Assembly: GCA_002245135.1 (NCBI GenBank)
Contig: NGBS01001163.1
Coordinates: 1 to 64,000, forward strand
Direction of reading: 5' to 3'
Length of the DNA stretch: 64,000 nucleotides
Origin: Proteromonas lacertae
Lineage: Eukaryota
The notes under the pieces: model-generated
Database searches by the model: none
What the model saw: the letters and a program-made list of their open reading frames with translations, nothing else
Told to the model about the DNA's origin: nothing
Made by a program: the position numbers and the translations under genes
Shown: positions 63,201-64,000 of the stretch, one piece after another
Layout of the letters: each line of letters begins with the position of its first letter
Numbering within the stretch: position 1 is the stretch's first letter

Positions 63201-64000
63201 TTAGAAAGTCTAATATGATATGATAATGGCATTCTTTGATTTGGAATCGTATTAATCTGTATAATATTGTGATAACTAATTTCACCACCAGATGGCAAGA
63301 TTGAGAATAATATCTTATTCTTTTCCATTAATATATTATCCAATGCCTTTCTTTCTTCAGTTGTTTGAGTACCAATCAAACAAATTATATCATTATATTT
63401 ATCTAATACACTTTTTACTTCTTCTTGCAATTCCTTTAGTGTGGAATAATGAATATAAACTGGAATAATATCACGAGAGTTTATTCCACCATCTTGATTA
63501 ATTACATCGAAGATCACATTTATATAATCCATTATTACACTATCGTTGTAGGAATATCTATCAAAAACCATCACAATTCGATATAATTCATATTTGGAAT
63601 ATTGTAATTTACCATTTTCATAATAACATTTCAATGTTAAGTTGTGTATTGGCATTAATCGATTATTGAATAATTGATCCATCACACGATCTGATTTAAT
63701 ACCATCAGTAAATTCAAATAAACCAATTTTGGCTTGAGCATAACCACTGTAATATATTTCATATTGATCATAAGCTGGATTTTGTACTGCTTGATGGAAT
63801 ATATAATTCTTATATAATGATGGTAAGAATGATGAAGATGATTCAATTGCCTAATCATTATTATATTAAACATAAACATACTTGTAATAACAATGAAATT
63901 ACATTTGTAATTAATCCAAAATCAACAAATATGGGAATTTCTCTTCCTAATAAATCTTCAAAATACTGTCGATATGGATCTAAAGTAGTTGTTTTCATTG
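54215..64000 (-). CDS. Giant class C (GABA-B-like) GPCR with at least 7 tandem AmiC/UrtA-type periplasmic-binding domains; 5' end outside window
   Basis: Repeats of about 390 aa marked by INxxGGxxG-type motifs and PxPF..CxW linkers. The 7TM region has IKSASP, KAWRIHKLF and FNESK. Introns at 63851-63881 and probably 63126-63161. Confidence 0.85.

Noticed and set aside
1..64000. Alternative genetic code (TAA=Gln, or TGA=Trp/Arg) suggested by in-frame stops at 1708, 5424, 17823 and 31416
   Set aside because: TAA, TAG and TGA all terminate well-conserved genes here, and the 858-, 1395- and 3156-codon ORFs contain no internal stops

Overview
Very AT-rich, gene-dense eukaryotic DNA with tiny GT-AG introns (26-44 nt) and the standard genetic code. 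Gene content and intron size suggest a stramenopile protist of the Blastocystis/Proteromonas type; this is inference only. (1) 1-16.4 kb: a compact, nearly intronless glycan-modification island. It holds four OafA-type acyltransferase-3/SGNH genes plus a relic, GT2, GT77, GT92, GT10 and GT61-like glycosyltransferases, and TylF-type and FkbM-like methyltransferases. Several genes are broken at A-tracts or by nonsense codons, and a GC-richer foreign fragment closes the island. (2) 17-22 kb: a disrupted Crinkler/RHS-like gene (2x SPRY-like, 2x NTPase-REase, calcyphosin-like EF-hands). (3) 22.5-31 kb: PKG, an ERD2-like receptor, a coiled-coil gene, a SELENOF-like gene without its redox motif, a Med4-like gene, and two spliced poly-His micro-proteins with MGxxxS and CaaX ends that the ORF track misses. 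(4) 31-40.6 kb: a tandem family with an unfamiliar Cys/His domain. (5) 40.8-64 kb: a Q-rich zinc-knuckle protein, a mastigoneme-like EGF protein with large internal repeats, two SPX genes, a LisH/WD40 gene carrying tRNA-Asp in an intron, a lid-less Hsp70, and a giant class C-like GPCR with at least 7 tandem periplasmic-binding domains that runs off the window. Some frameshifts may be assembly errors.
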